DNA of 32,743 bases, taken from assembly GCA_947373075.1 (NCBI GenBank), contig CANBWF010000002.1, forward strand, positions 1 to 32,743, written 5' to 3'. The DNA is from Actinomycetota bacterium (GTDB taxonomy: Bacteria; Actinomycetota; Actinomycetes; S36-B12; UBA5976). This document shows positions 16,443 through 25,970 of the stretch, piece by piece. The translations under genes were made by a program, and so were the position numbers. The notes beneath the pieces were generated by a model. That model saw only the letters and a program-made list of their open reading frames with translations, was not told the origin of the DNA and made no database searches. Position 1 is the stretch's first letter. Each line of letters starts with the position of its first letter.

Positions 16443-17285
16443 TTACGACTCTTCCTTCTTCACTGCCGCTTTCTTAGCCGGAGCTTTCTTAACTGCTGCT
16501 TTCTTGGCCGGAGCCTCGTCGTCAACCTTTACTGCCGCCTTCTTAGCCGGAGCTTTCTTAACAGCAGCCTTTTTAACAGGTGCCTCTTCTTTAGCAGCTT
16601 CTGCTGGGGCTTCTGCTACTTCGGTAACTGGCTCAACTACAGGAGTTGGTTCAGCTACAACAGGTTCTGGAGCAGCTACCACTTCAACAACCGGTTCGGA
16701 AACTGCAACAGGTGCCTGGGCAACTGGAGCGGTGTTTTCCTCTTCTGGCTTTGCAGTTTTGACTGGCGCGGTTTTCTTGCGAACTGGTGCGAGCACCATG
16801 GTCATGTTTCGACCGTCCTGCAAAGGCGCAGATTCAATAACCGCCATTTCACCGATGTCGGCAGCTAGACGCTGCAACAAGCGGTAACCAAGTTCAGGAC
16901 GTGATTGCTCACGACCGCGGAACATGATGGTGATCTTGACTTTGTCGCCAGCATTTAAGAAGCGCAAGATGTGACCTTTTTTGGTCTCATAGTCGTGGTT
17001 ATCAATTTTTGGACGAAGTTTCATCTCTTTGATAACGGTATTGACCTGATTCTTGCGAGACTCGCGTGCTTTAACCGCTGCATCGTATTTGAATTTGCCG
17101 AAGTCCATCAGCTTGCACACTGGTGGCTTACTTTCAGGAGAGACTTCAACTAGGTCAAGGTCAGCTTCAAAAGCTAAGCGCAGTGCATCTTCAGTTTTGA
17201 CAATGCCGATTTGTTCTCCGGCAGGGCCAACTAGTCGAACTTCTGGAACGCGAATTCGATCATTGATGCGGGTCTCGATAGTGAT
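16443..17285 (-). CDS. infC: Translation initiation factor IF-3, with a non-ATG (ATC) start and a C-terminal Lys/Ala/Pro-rich extension of about 105 aa
   Basis: The ORF track starts at an internal GTG (17120). The frame continues upstream as [67 protein letters not shown], the conserved IF3 N-domain. ATC at 17285-17283 is preceded by AGGAGG (17295-17290). Confidence 0.9.
   Translation of the reverse strand: MTIETRINDRIRVPEVRLVGPAGEQIGIVKTEDALRLAFEADLDLVEVSPESKPPVCKLMDFGKFKYDAAVKARESRKNQVNTVIKEMKLRPKIDNHDYETKKGHILRFLNAGDKVKITIMFRGREQSRPELGYRLLQRLAADIGEMAVIESAPLQDGRNMTMVLAPVRKKTAPVKTAKPEEENTAPVAQAPVAVSEPVVEVVAAPEPVVAEPTPVVEPVTEVAEAPAEAAKEEAPVKKAAVKKAPAKKAAVKVDDEAPAKKAAVKKAPAKKAAVKKEES
16463..16562 (-). 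repeat. 69-bp-period direct repeat inside the infC tail (encodes [19 protein letters not shown] twice)
   Basis: ctgccgc[t/c]ttcttagccggagctttcttaac occurs at 16463-16493 and at 16532-16562, with 1 mismatch in 31 nt. Confidence 0.8.
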
Positions 17286-17350
17286 ATGTCCTCCTGTGGT
17301 CGAAATGTGACAAGTGAAACCACATGACCAGAGGCATGCCCGCAGGCATT

Positions 17351-17368
17351 AGTCGCAAGTTTGCGACT
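17351..17368. promoter_or_regulatory. Perfect 18-bp palindrome in the infC / DUF1844-like divergent intergenic region
   Basis: AGTCGCAA-GT-TTGCGACT has 8-bp arms. It lies 66 nt upstream of the infC ATC start, in the largest non-coding gap of the core block (17286-17474). Confidence 0.3.
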
Positions 17369-17474
17369 TCTCTAGACCAACCCGACGCCTTATCAGCGAT
17401 GCGGGTGGGATGTGAATCCACTTGTAGATGAACCCGCGGTAGCGGAAACATCGGTCATGTGAGAGTGTAGCAAA

Positions 17475-17825
17475 GTGACCAGCGAGAACACTAATCCAGA
17501 AAATGCCGGAATTACGGCCGCTAGAGACCTATCTGCCCTATCTGCGGTGGAAATCCTTAGTTTGCACATAGTTGACTTAATGACGGCAGCCGCTGTGAAA
17601 TTAGGCGAATTTGCGGGAACTACCACTGATTTAGCCGAATCCCGGATACTCATCAACGCCCTAGCCGGGTTAGTTGATGCCAGCGCCCCAGATCTTGGTT
17701 CGCATCACGCCGGGCCTATGCGAGATGGCCTGCAAACATTGCAGCGCTCATTCAAGGAACGCTCTGCCATCAAAGACGAGCCAGGCATGGGTCCAGGCGA
17801 GAAATACACCGGTCCGGTTTACTAA
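17475..17825 (+). CDS. Small conserved hypothetical protein, DUF1844-like
   Basis: 116 aa with a GTG start, divergent from infC. It resembles the small DUF1844 proteins I recall next to infC in other actinobacteria (central LINALAGLVDA segment, C-terminal EPGMGPGEKYTGP). The assignment is from memory only. Confidence 0.45.
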   Translation: MTSENTNPENAGITAARDLSALSAVEILSLHIVDLMTAAAVKLGEFAGTTTDLAESRILINALAGLVDASAPDLGSHHAGPMRDGLQTLQRSFKERSAIKDEPGMGPGEKYTGPVY

Positions 17826-17898
17826 ACCAAGCTGTTTTTACAACCGCTAGAACTGGACCCAAACCCAGAAATTGAAATCTGTTGGATCGAGAGAAATA

Positions 17899-18588
17899 TT
17901 ATTTCGCGGCAGTTTGGGTAACTTGAACGCTCATTGGTCGATCTAACACAACAGTGAAAGTTGGGTCCTGCAAAACTTCAGTGATGTGCTGACCTAAGTC
18001 TGGGGCCACATGCGAAACAAAAAGTTCAAGTTCTACTTCTTCTTCAGTAATTTCCCAAAGCGCTTCTTCTACCCCATCAAGATCTTCAAGTGCGTCACAG
18101 GCAGTATTTAACGCGGACTCTAAGTATTGACGTTGGTGTTCAGACATTGCGACTCTAACTAGCAAAGCACCATCAAGTGCAATTGGTGTTGGTCCAGCAA
18201 TGTCGATAATCATGGCATCGAGTTCTTGTTCGAGAACTGCTTGCGCAATCACATGAGCGCCTCGTGGGATTGGCCGAGCGTTTTCATCCCAAAGTTTTAA
18301 AGAGTCCACGCCAGTAAATGCCAGCAACGCCCGGCGGCCATCTTCGGCAACGAATTCCACAGATTGCATGCTGCTGTCTTTTTCGACGCCAGCTTCGATG
18401 GAATCAACTTCGGCAACAACAGGAATCAAGAGACGCTGATGTGCCAAAGTGCCAACAAGTGCTTTGACTGTTTCATCAGTGCGTTCTGCGGCGAAACTTG
18501 CTAAAGCCAATCGCAAAGCCAGACTTGGCTCGCCTATGTCATCAGAAAAATCTGTTTCCGGTACCTCTGCACCAGTGAAATCTGACAT
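17899..18588 (-). CDS. Acidic hypothetical protein, SseB-family-like
   Basis: The pattern LLIPV...DGRRALLAFTGVDSLKLWD...AMIIDIAGPTPIAL resembles the SseB N-domain. I prefer the ATG at 18588, which shares 1 nt with the hisG TAA (TAATG), over the GTG at 18600 given in the track. Confidence 0.5.
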   Translation of the reverse strand: MSDFTGAEVPETDFSDDIGEPSLALRLALASFAAERTDETVKALVGTLAHQRLLIPVVAEVDSIEAGVEKDSSMQSVEFVAEDGRRALLAFTGVDSLKLWDENARPIPRGAHVIAQAVLEQELDAMIIDIAGPTPIALDGALLVRVAMSEHQRQYLESALNTACDALEDLDGVEEALWEITEEEVELELFVSHVAPDLGQHITEVLQDPTFTVVLDRPMSVQVTQTAAK

Positions 18589-19433
18589 TAGATGCGGCAC
18601 GCGTGGATGTCAGTAACAATTACGCCGCGGGCACCAAGGTCGTATAACTCGTCCATGATTGCGTGTACTTGCTTGCGTGGAACCATTGCACGAACGGCAG
18701 ACCACTGTGAATCATGAAGCGCTGAAATAGTTGGAGATTCAATTCCTGGCGTTATTTTGCAAGCTTGTTCGATAAGTGAGTTTTCGATGTCGTAATCAAC
18801 TAAGACATAGTTGCGGGCAACGATGACCCCTTGAAGTCTGCGAACAAATACCTCTAGTGCATTTCGCTCAGTGAAATCAGGACGGGTGATTAAAATCGCT
18901 TGGCTCTTAAAGATTGGTTCTCCGACAATTTCAAGGCCAGCCTGTTTCAGCGTTGTGCCTGTAGCTACAACATCGGCAACGAGATCTGCAACACCCAGAC
19001 GGACTGCGTTTTCTACCGCACCATCGAGTTTCACGATCTCAGCATTGATGTTTTGCTCCTGTAACCAAGAAGCCAAAATCCCTGGGTACGAAGTAGCAAG
19101 GCGCTTGCCACTTGCCTGCGCAACATCAGTTACAGTGCCGGCGGGAGCTGCTAACCGAAATGTTGAAGGGGCAAAGGAAAGTTCTAAGACTGTTTCGGCG
19201 TTTGCGCCAGAGTCGGCCAACATGTCTTGGCCAGTGATGCCAACATCAAGTGTTCCACTAGCTACGTAAGTTGCAATGTCACGTGGACGCAAAAAGAAAA
19301 ACTCAACATCATTTTCTGGGTCCTGCACAACAAGTTCACGACTTGTTGCAGCCGCTGCATATCCTGCTTCGCGCAGCATCTCACGCGCAGGATCGGATAG
19401 TTGTCCTTTATTAGGGATAGCGATTCGTAACAC
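18588..19433 (-). CDS. hisG: ATP phosphoribosyltransferase (long form)
   Basis: MLRIAIPNKGQLSDPAREMLREAGY..., 281 aa including the C-terminal regulatory domain. Close to mycobacterial HisG. Confidence 0.95.
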   Translation of the reverse strand: MLRIAIPNKGQLSDPAREMLREAGYAAAATSRELVVQDPENDVEFFFLRPRDIATYVASGTLDVGITGQDMLADSGANAETVLELSFAPSTFRLAAPAGTVTDVAQASGKRLATSYPGILASWLQEQNINAEIVKLDGAVENAVRLGVADLVADVVATGTTLKQAGLEIVGEPIFKSQAILITRPDFTERNALEVFVRRLQGVIVARNYVLVDYDIENSLIEQACKITPGIESPTISALHDSQWSAVRAMVPRKQVHAIMDELYDLGARGVIVTDIHACRI

Positions 19434-19435
19434 GA

Positions 19436-19699
19436 TTACAACTTTCCGTACACAGCATCAAGACTGATGCCTCGAGCGATCATTAAAACCTGGGCCCAGT
19501 ACAAAAGTTGGGCAATTTCTTCAGCAGCCGCTTCATCTGATTCGTGTTCAGCGGCCATCCATGCCTCAGCAGCTTCTTCTAAAACTTTCTTACCGATTGC
19601 GTGAACGCCAGCATTTACCATTGCAACGGTGCCCGACTGCGGATCCGCAGAAGCAACACGAGCTAATAACTCAGCGTGTAACTCATCGAAAGTTTTCAT
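19436..19699 (-). CDS. hisE: Phosphoribosyl-ATP pyrophosphatase
   Basis: 87 aa. [11 protein letters not shown]...[21 protein letters not shown]...[20 protein letters not shown] is a typical HisE sequence. Confidence 0.9.
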   Translation of the reverse strand: MKTFDELHAELLARVASADPQSGTVAMVNAGVHAIGKKVLEEAAEAWMAAEHESDEAAAEEIAQLLYWAQVLMIARGISLDAVYGKL

Positions 19700-19708
19700 G
19701 GCACTAGC

Positions 19709-20185
19709 CTAGGCGTTTTTTAAGTTATCTAGAACTTTCAACATCGCTAGCGCTGCAGTGGCAGCCTCAGCACCCTTGTCTTCTTTACTATTAGCCAGAC
19801 CTGCTCGGTCCAGAGCTTGCTGTTCGTCGTCGCAAGTAAGTACGCCAAAACCAATTGGCACACCAGTATCTAGCGATACGCGATTGATGCCATCGGTTAC
19901 TGCATGACAAACAAAGTCGAAGTGCGGAGTGCCACCACGAATCACAACACCAAGTGCAACAACTGCGTCAGCGCCAGCGGCGATTGCAGCCTGCGCAGCT
20001 AATGAGAGTTCAAATGTGCCAGGTACGCGATGTAGCTCAGCTTTTGCGCCAGCATTCTCAACAGTTTTAACTGCGCTAGCCACTAAGCCATCCATGACTT
20101 GCTGATGCCATGATGCGGCGACAATCACTACTCGAGTATCGGGCGAAACCGTAACAGCAATTTCCGGACTACCTACACTGCTCAT
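19709..20185 (-). CDS. ribH: 6,7-dimethyl-8-ribityllumazine synthase
   Basis: 158 aa. [12 protein letters not shown] and [13 protein letters not shown] motifs. Confidence 0.95.
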   Translation of the reverse strand: MSSVGSPEIAVTVSPDTRVVIVAASWHQQVMDGLVASAVKTVENAGAKAELHRVPGTFELSLAAQAAIAAGADAVVALGVVIRGGTPHFDFVCHAVTDGINRVSLDTGVPIGFGVLTCDDEQQALDRAGLANSKEDKGAEAATAALAMLKVLDNLKNA

Positions 20186-21402
20186 GAAGACTCCCCTAAG
20201 TTCAAGTCGTGTCCCATCTCATCGCGCTTTGTGCGCAGATAGCCAATGTTGTAATCGTTAGGTTCAATTTCAATTGGGACTTGCGCGGTGATAGCTAGAC
20301 CATAACCATCAAGCCCAACGCGCTTAGTTGGGTTGTTAGTTAGAAGTCGCATGCTCTTAATCCCGAGGTCACTAAGAATCTGTGCGCCAGTTCCGTAATC
20401 GCGAGCATCAGCTGGTAATCCGAGAGCCAGGTTTGCTTCAACAGTGTTAGCGCCTTCGTCCTGCAATGCGTAAGCCTGCAATTTATGAAGCAAGCCAATC
20501 CCGCGACCTTCATGACCGCGCATGTACAAGACAACTCCACGGCCAGCCTGCGCAACAATTCGCATTGCCGCGTGCAACTGTGGTCCGCAGTCACAACGCA
20601 TAGAGCCAAGTACGTCGCCAGTTAAACATTCTGAGTGAACACGAACAAGGACATCTTCGCCGTCGCCGATTTCTCCCATGACTAGAGCGATGTGATCAAT
20701 ATTGTCGAAAATACTGCGATAGCCAACAGCAGTAAACTGCCCGACTTCAGTTGGAAGCTCGGCAGCCGCAATGCGTTGAACCTGAGATTCAGTGCGACGA
20801 CGATATGCAATTAGATCAGCAATAGAAATCATGGCCAAACCATGCTCATTAGCGAATTCGCGCAATGCTGGGCTACGCATCATTGATCCGTCATCATGCA
20901 CGACTTCACAAATAACGCCAGCAGGCGTTAAACCAGCAAGGCGCGCTAAATCAACGGCCGCTTCAGTATGTCCTGGTCGACGCAAAGTTCCACCTGGCAT
21001 TGCGCGCAGAGGAAATACATGGCCAGGGCGGGTTAAATCGCGTGGTTCGGTGGCAGAATCAGACATTACTTTGATGGTGTGGGCGCGATCGGCAGCACTA
21101 ATACCAGTTGAAATACCATCTCGTGCGTCAACGCTTACTGCATACGCAGTACCTTTGCGGTCTTCATTAATCACTGTCATTGGTGGCAAGTCGAGACGAT
21201 CGAGTTCAGCACCTTCCATCGCCACGCAAATAACACCAGAGGTGTAACGTGTCATGAAGCCAACAATTTCTGGGGTAGCTTTGCTAGCCGCGAAAATCAA
21301 ATCGCCTTCGTTTTCACGATCTTCATCGTCTACGACAACAACTACCTGGCCTGCTGCAATTGCGGCAATAGCTTTATCTATCGAGTCAAAAGCAATCGTC
21401 AT
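20182..21402 (-). CDS. ribBA: Bifunctional 3,4-dihydroxy-2-butanone-4-phosphate synthase / GTP cyclohydrolase II
   Basis: DHBPS motif [20 protein letters not shown] zinc motif [27 protein letters not shown] overlaps with both neighbouring genes. Confidence 0.95.
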   Translation of the reverse strand: MTIAFDSIDKAIAAIAAGQVVVVVDDEDRENEGDLIFAASKATPEIVGFMTRYTSGVICVAMEGAELDRLDLPPMTVINEDRKGTAYAVSVDARDGISTGISAADRAHTIKVMSDSATEPRDLTRPGHVFPLRAMPGGTLRRPGHTEAAVDLARLAGLTPAGVICEVVHDDGSMMRSPALREFANEHGLAMISIADLIAYRRRTESQVQRIAAAELPTEVGQFTAVGYRSIFDNIDHIALVMGEIGDGEDVLVRVHSECLTGDVLGSMRCDCGPQLHAAMRIVAQAGRGVVLYMRGHEGRGIGLLHKLQAYALQDEGANTVEANLALGLPADARDYGTGAQILSDLGIKSMRLLTNNPTKRVGLDGYGLAITAQVPIEIEPNDYNIGYLRTKRDEMGHDLNLGESS

Positions 21403-21989
21403 CGTTGCACCAGCTTTTCAACATATTTAGCGAACACATCAACTTCAAGATTCACTTGCTCGCCCACTTCACGTTTGCCCAATGTGGTTTTGGCAAGAGT
21501 CGCTGGAATTAAAGAAACACTGAACGAGTCAGGCGTGATTGCACTTACTGTTAATGAAACTCCGTCTACTGTGATCGACCCTTTATGCACTACATACTTC
21601 AGCAGACTTTCAGGAGCATCAATGGTTACAACATCCCAATTTTGTGAATGTTCGCGGGCAGTTACAGTTCCAATGCCATCAACGTGACCTTGCACCATGT
21701 GACCACCTAAGCGAGTGGCCAGAGTTACTGGGCGTTCTAGATTTACTGAATCGCCGACAGCAATAGTTCCGATGGTGCTCATCCTGAGCGTCTCACGCAT
21801 GACATCGGCACTGAAAGCATCAGGAGTAATTTCGACTGCAGTTAGGCAAATGCCGTTTACCGAAATGGAATCGCCTAGCCCACTATCAGAAACGACAAGT
21901 GGTCCACGAATAGTGATTCGCAATGCCTCATCAGGAAGTTCGGTAAGTGCCAGCACTTCCCCGAGTTCTTCAACAATTCCTGTGAACAT
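21399..21989 (-). CDS. ribE: Riboflavin synthase (alpha chain)
   Basis: [12 protein letters not shown]..., with duplicated lumazine-binding halves (SVNGICLT / TVDGVSLT). Confidence 0.93.
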   Translation of the reverse strand: MFTGIVEELGEVLALTELPDEALRITIRGPLVVSDSGLGDSISVNGICLTAVEITPDAFSADVMRETLRMSTIGTIAVGDSVNLERPVTLATRLGGHMVQGHVDGIGTVTAREHSQNWDVVTIDAPESLLKYVVHKGSITVDGVSLTVSAITPDSFSVSLIPATLAKTTLGKREVGEQVNLEVDVFAKYVEKLVQR

Positions 21990-21991
21990 AA

Positions 21992-22993
21992 TTAATCCTG
22001 TCGCGTTGTGAAATGCACAACTACATCTAATCCAACACGATTAACGTCAGTTTGGGAAAATCGAAGTACCTCGCCCATAGTCTGCACACCAATATCAGCT
22101 AAAGCTTTTATGCCATCGCCCGCAATTACCGGAGCTTGGAACCAATAGACCTCATCAACCAAGCCAGCTCGCCACAAACTAGTTGACAAGCCAGAACCTG
22201 CTTCAACCAGAACTCGATGTATCGAATGCTCTTGCCACAGCTGCGAAATCACTTCACCAATATCGTCGGATGTTTGCAAAGTTTGCACGCCAGCTTTTAG
22301 TACATTGGCGTCATCCGGAATGCTTCGATTACCCATGACCACTCGCAGTGGTTGTTGATCTGCGGGAAATGCGCGAACAGTTAAGTGTGGATCGTCGGCC
22401 AGCACCGTCCCAGTGCCGGTAACGATTGCTCCGACAGTACTTCGGATGCGCTGCACAAACTCTCGTGACTCATCTCCAGTAATCCATTTGCTGGTGCCAT
22501 CAACTGCAGCTACGAATCCATCAAGTGTGGTTGCGGTTTTCCAAATAACCCATGGCCGACCTTGTTCATTTGCGAAAGTCCAACTTGGATTTAGCGCGGT
22601 GCACTCATCGCTAGTGACTTCGGAAATAATTTCAATGCCCGCGTCTGCAAGCAACTTTGCTCCACCAGACATTTCAACATTTGGATCGCACTGACCGAAT
22701 ACAACTCGAGCCACACCAGCATCAATCAAGGCCTGAACACATGGCGGTCGCTTACCAGTTCCGGCACAAGGTTCCAAAGTTGAATACACGGTAGCTCCGC
22801 GAGCAAATTCGCCAGCCTGAGCCAAGGCAACAACTTCTGCGTGATCTGTGCCAGAGCCTAGATGCGCCCCGCTGCCCAAAACTTCACCAGTAGCTGAGAC
22901 AACCACCGCGCCAACTCGTGGATTTTTATCGCGCGATAAATCAACTTGCTCGGCAAGGGCAATCGCCTGTGCCATGAATTTCTCGTGCGACAT
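21992..22993 (-). CDS. ribD: Bifunctional diaminohydroxyphosphoribosylaminopyrimidine deaminase / 5-amino-6-(5-phosphoribosylamino)uracil reductase
   Basis: Deaminase motifs HAEVVAL and LEPC...PPC, followed by the reductase domain. The track start (GTG at 23011) overlaps rpe by 19 nt. The ATG at 22993 ([11 protein letters not shown]) forms a TAATG junction with the rpe stop and is preferred. Confidence 0.9.
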   Translation of the reverse strand: MSHEKFMAQAIALAEQVDLSRDKNPRVGAVVVSATGEVLGSGAHLGSGTDHAEVVALAQAGEFARGATVYSTLEPCAGTGKRPPCVQALIDAGVARVVFGQCDPNVEMSGGAKLLADAGIEIISEVTSDECTALNPSWTFANEQGRPWVIWKTATTLDGFVAAVDGTSKWITGDESREFVQRIRSTVGAIVTGTGTVLADDPHLTVRAFPADQQPLRVVMGNRSIPDDANVLKAGVQTLQTSDDIGEVISQLWQEHSIHRVLVEAGSGLSTSLWRAGLVDEVYWFQAPVIAGDGIKALADIGVQTMGEVLRFSQTDVNRVGLDVVVHFTTRQD

Positions 22994-23679
22994 TAGTGTG
23001 CGCACCACCAAGATGTACTCGTAGCCGCATCAGCGAGTTCGCGCAAAGTTGAAACAACTTTCGCTGGATCCGCGCTTTGATAAACCGCAGAACCGGCCAC
23101 AAAAGTATCAGCGCCAGCATCGGCGCACTCTTGGATAGTTGCCGCGGATACTCCGCCATCAACTTGCACCCAAACATCTAGATCGCCAGCGGTAATTAAT
23201 TCACGCGCTTTGCGTACTTTACTCATTTGATCGGCCATAAAAGATTGCCCACCAAAACCTGGCTCAACCGTCATGATCAAAATCATGTCTAGGTGAGGCA
23301 ACAAATCAACATAATCATCCAAAGATGTACCTGGCTTTAGCGCCATGCCTGCGCGAGCGCCTTGTGCGCGAATATCTTTAGCAACCTGTAACGGGTTGGT
23401 AGCAGCTTCAACATGGAAGGTAACGCTGTCCGCGCCAGCTTCGGCATAACCCGGGGCCCAGCGATCGGCATCGCTAATCATTAAGTGACAATCGATTGGC
23501 AGACTAATTTTTCCAACCAGTGATTCAACAATTGGTAAACCCAAAGTCAGGTTGGGGACAAAATGATTATCCATGACATCTACATGGATCCAGTCAGCTG
23601 TTGTGCCAACGCGCTCGCATTCGGCAACTAAGTGTCCGAAATCAGCGGACAGAATGCTGGGCGAAATACGTAGGCTCAC
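22993..23679 (-). CDS. rpe: Ribulose-phosphate 3-epimerase
   Basis: [41 protein letters not shown] motifs. Confidence 0.95.
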   Translation of the reverse strand: MSLRISPSILSADFGHLVAECERVGTTADWIHVDVMDNHFVPNLTLGLPIVESLVGKISLPIDCHLMISDADRWAPGYAEAGADSVTFHVEAATNPLQVAKDIRAQGARAGMALKPGTSLDDYVDLLPHLDMILIMTVEPGFGGQSFMADQMSKVRKARELITAGDLDVWVQVDGGVSAATIQECADAGADTFVAGSAVYQSADPAKVVSTLRELADAATSTSWWCAH

Positions 23680-23704
23680 AGCTCTAGTTTATTGGGTGCG
23701 GGCT

Positions 23705-25066
23705 TTAGGCGTTGCGTCTAAAAATTGCCAAATACATGCCATCAGTGCCATGAACATCAGGGCGTAAGCGCAATCTGGTGGTTTCACTTGGTAGTTCGAG
23801 CATAGGTAGCAACGTTTCAAGTGGCACTAAAGAAAATCCTGGATGTTTTGCCAAGAACGAGTCGACAATCACATCAGTTTCAGCGATGTGTGGCGAACAG
23901 GTTGCATAAGCCACTAGCCCACCGATTCGGACAAGTTCGCCAGCTTTTATCAGCAACTCGCTTTGCAACGCAGAAAGCGCTCGGATGTCACTTGGTTGTT
24001 TGCGCCATCGACTCTCGGGACGTCGACGCAATGCACCGAGTCCCGTACAAGGAGCATCAACCAAAATTCGATCGAATGACACGGCCGGCGAATAATCACG
24101 AGCATCAGTAACTAAGACTCTTGGATCGCCAGGGGCATTCCAAAGTGCGTTCTCAACTAACTTGGCGCGTGATTCATTTGGCTCAAGCGCAGTGAACTCA
24201 ATGTTCTTTGCCGCTGCGAAACCGGCCAAAATTGCAGCCTTGCCGCCAGGGCCAGAACACATGTCTAGCCAATCATGTTCTTCACCTTCGACATCGGCAT
24301 TTACTAGCGCCAAAGCAACTAGCTGGCTGCCTTCATCTTGCACTCCTGCTTGATTTGTTTGCACAAGTTCAATATCTGCAGGATTTGATGACCATGGCTT
24401 TTCGATGTCACTTGAGCGAACGAGTTGTACCGCAAGTGGCGACCACTGCCCAGGTGCAACGTGTGGCAGTTCAAGTAATTCAGAAACTTCAGATTGACCA
24501 GGCCGAGCAACCAATGTGACGTTAGCTGGATCATTGCCAACTTCGAGAATTGGCACGATTGTTTGAGCATTGCATCCGTAGGCATCCGCTAACGCGCGAA
24601 TTACCCAAACTGGATAGGAATACTCGATAGCAAGTCGGTCAACATCTGAAAGCCCTTCAGTTAATTGCTCGCACCACTGCTCCCAAGTTTTTTCACTAAC
24701 ACGCCTAAGTACCGCATTAACAAAGCCAGTTGCACTGCGGCCAACTTCTTTGCCAACCAATGAAACTGCTTCGTTAATAGCTGCATGTGCTGGAGTTCGT
24801 AAGAAAAGTAATTGATAAGCGCCAATGCGCAAAATGTCTTGCACGGGTGCATCTAAGTCGCCGCGATTCGCGCAAGCAGCAATTACTGCATCAAGACTTC
24901 CCTGTCTGCGCAAAGTGCCATAAGTGAGTTCGGTTGCGAATGCAGCGTCGCGAGTAGTTAAGTTCGCTCGGCTACATGCGCTCGGCAGTTCTAAGTTGGC
25001 ATAGGCATCGTTAACATGAACGGAATGCACCACGTCGTAGGCGACTTTACGCGCTGATGTACTCAC
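23705..25066 (-). CDS. rsmB: 16S rRNA (cytosine967-C5)-methyltransferase (Sun/Fmu)
   Basis: NusB-like N-domain, SAM motif DMCSGPGGKA, catalytic DAPCTGLG and ATCSP motifs. Position downstream of fmt. Confidence 0.9.
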   Translation of the reverse strand: MSTSARKVAYDVVHSVHVNDAYANLELPSACSRANLTTRDAAFATELTYGTLRRQGSLDAVIAACANRGDLDAPVQDILRIGAYQLLFLRTPAHAAINEAVSLVGKEVGRSATGFVNAVLRRVSEKTWEQWCEQLTEGLSDVDRLAIEYSYPVWVIRALADAYGCNAQTIVPILEVGNDPANVTLVARPGQSEVSELLELPHVAPGQWSPLAVQLVRSSDIEKPWSSNPADIELVQTNQAGVQDEGSQLVALALVNADVEGEEHDWLDMCSGPGGKAAILAGFAAAKNIEFTALEPNESRAKLVENALWNAPGDPRVLVTDARDYSPAVSFDRILVDAPCTGLGALRRRPESRWRKQPSDIRALSALQSELLIKAGELVRIGGLVAYATCSPHIAETDVIVDSFLAKHPGFSLVPLETLLPMLELPSETTRLRLRPDVHGTDGMYLAIFRRNA

Positions 25067-25968
25067 TCGAATGTCACATCAGATTGATTGCTAAACCATT
25101 GCGTTGCATCCACTTGCTTACGTCCTGCCTGAGTTACTTCGGCAAGAACCACTGCGTGACTCGCCGTGCCCACCAAAATTTGGTTTTCAATCTTGACTAC
25201 TTCACCTGGGGCTAGGTGAATAACTTGGGTCGCAAGGCTTACCGGAGAAAGTTTGATCCGCTGATCGCCTGCCATCGTCCACGCCCCTGGCTCTGGAGTC
25301 ATGGCTCGAACATGTCGTTCTATTGCTAATGCCGGCAACTGCCAAGAGACGCGAGCATCGTCTTTGGAGATTTTTGGGGCTACCGAAATGCCAGATGTTG
25401 GCTGTGGAACAGCTTGAATGTTTCCAGATTCCAATGCAGCCAAAGTTGCCACCATTAGCGCTGCACCTTCAATACCAAGGCGATCCAAAAGTTCGCCCGA
25501 TGTTTCACCCGCGCGAATTGAAGTTGCAATTGAACCAAGTACTGGACCAGTGTCTAAACCAGCATCAATTTGGAATGCACTGACGCCAGTAACATCGTCG
25601 CCGGCTTTAATCGCATACTGAACGGGCGCTGCTCCACGCCAATGTGGCAATAGTGAGAAATGAACATTGACCCAGCCATGCTTTGGCACATTCAATAAAT
25701 CGCTAGGTACCATCGCGCCAAAGGCAACAACAACTACACAATCAACCTGTGCTAACTGCGAAGTCAACGAAACTAAATCGGTGGTTTTGAAACATTCGAT
25801 GTTGTGTTCTTGTGCGCTTAGTGAAACTGGACTTGGTGTTAATACGCGACCACGGCCAGCTGGCGCATCAGGTCTGGTAATTACAAATGCAATTTCATGT
25901 CCGCTTGAAACTAAGGCGTCTAAAACAGGAACAGCGACATCAGGTGTTCCAGCAAAAGCGATACGCAC
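25063..25968 (-). CDS. fmt: Methionyl-tRNA formyltransferase
   Basis: MRIAFAGTPDVAVPVL..., HFSLLPHWRGAAPVQ motif. GTGA overlap with rsmB. Confidence 0.95.
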   Translation of the reverse strand: MRIAFAGTPDVAVPVLDALVSSGHEIAFVITRPDAPAGRGRVLTPSPVSLSAQEHNIECFKTTDLVSLTSQLAQVDCVVVVAFGAMVPSDLLNVPKHGWVNVHFSLLPHWRGAAPVQYAIKAGDDVTGVSAFQIDAGLDTGPVLGSIATSIRAGETSGELLDRLGIEGAALMVATLAALESGNIQAVPQPTSGISVAPKISKDDARVSWQLPALAIERHVRAMTPEPGAWTMAGDQRIKLSPVSLATQVIHLAPGEVVKIENQILVGTASHAVVLAEVTQAGRKQVDATQWFSNQSDVTFE

Positions 25969-25970
25969 GA

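Noticed and set aside
16306-16887. 193-aa plus-strand ORF ([15 protein letters not shown]...) opposite infC
   Set aside because: It is an antisense shadow of the Lys/Ala-rich IF3 tail (AAG/GCN codons read backwards). It overlaps rpmI and infC completely and has no start context.
17260-17656. ORFs 17260-17451(-) and 17393-17656(-) in and around the infC leader
   Set aside because: The first overlaps the extended infC 5' end out of frame. The second is antisense to the DUF1844-like gene. Neither has coding-like composition or an SD.
22994-23020. Looked for an FMN (RFN) riboswitch ahead of the ribD-ribE-ribBA-ribH genes
   Set aside because: ribD abuts or overlaps rpe, so there is no untranslated leader. 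The rpe-ribD(G)-ribE(C)-ribA-ribH arrangement without a riboswitch is as I recall it in Corynebacterium and Mycobacterium.
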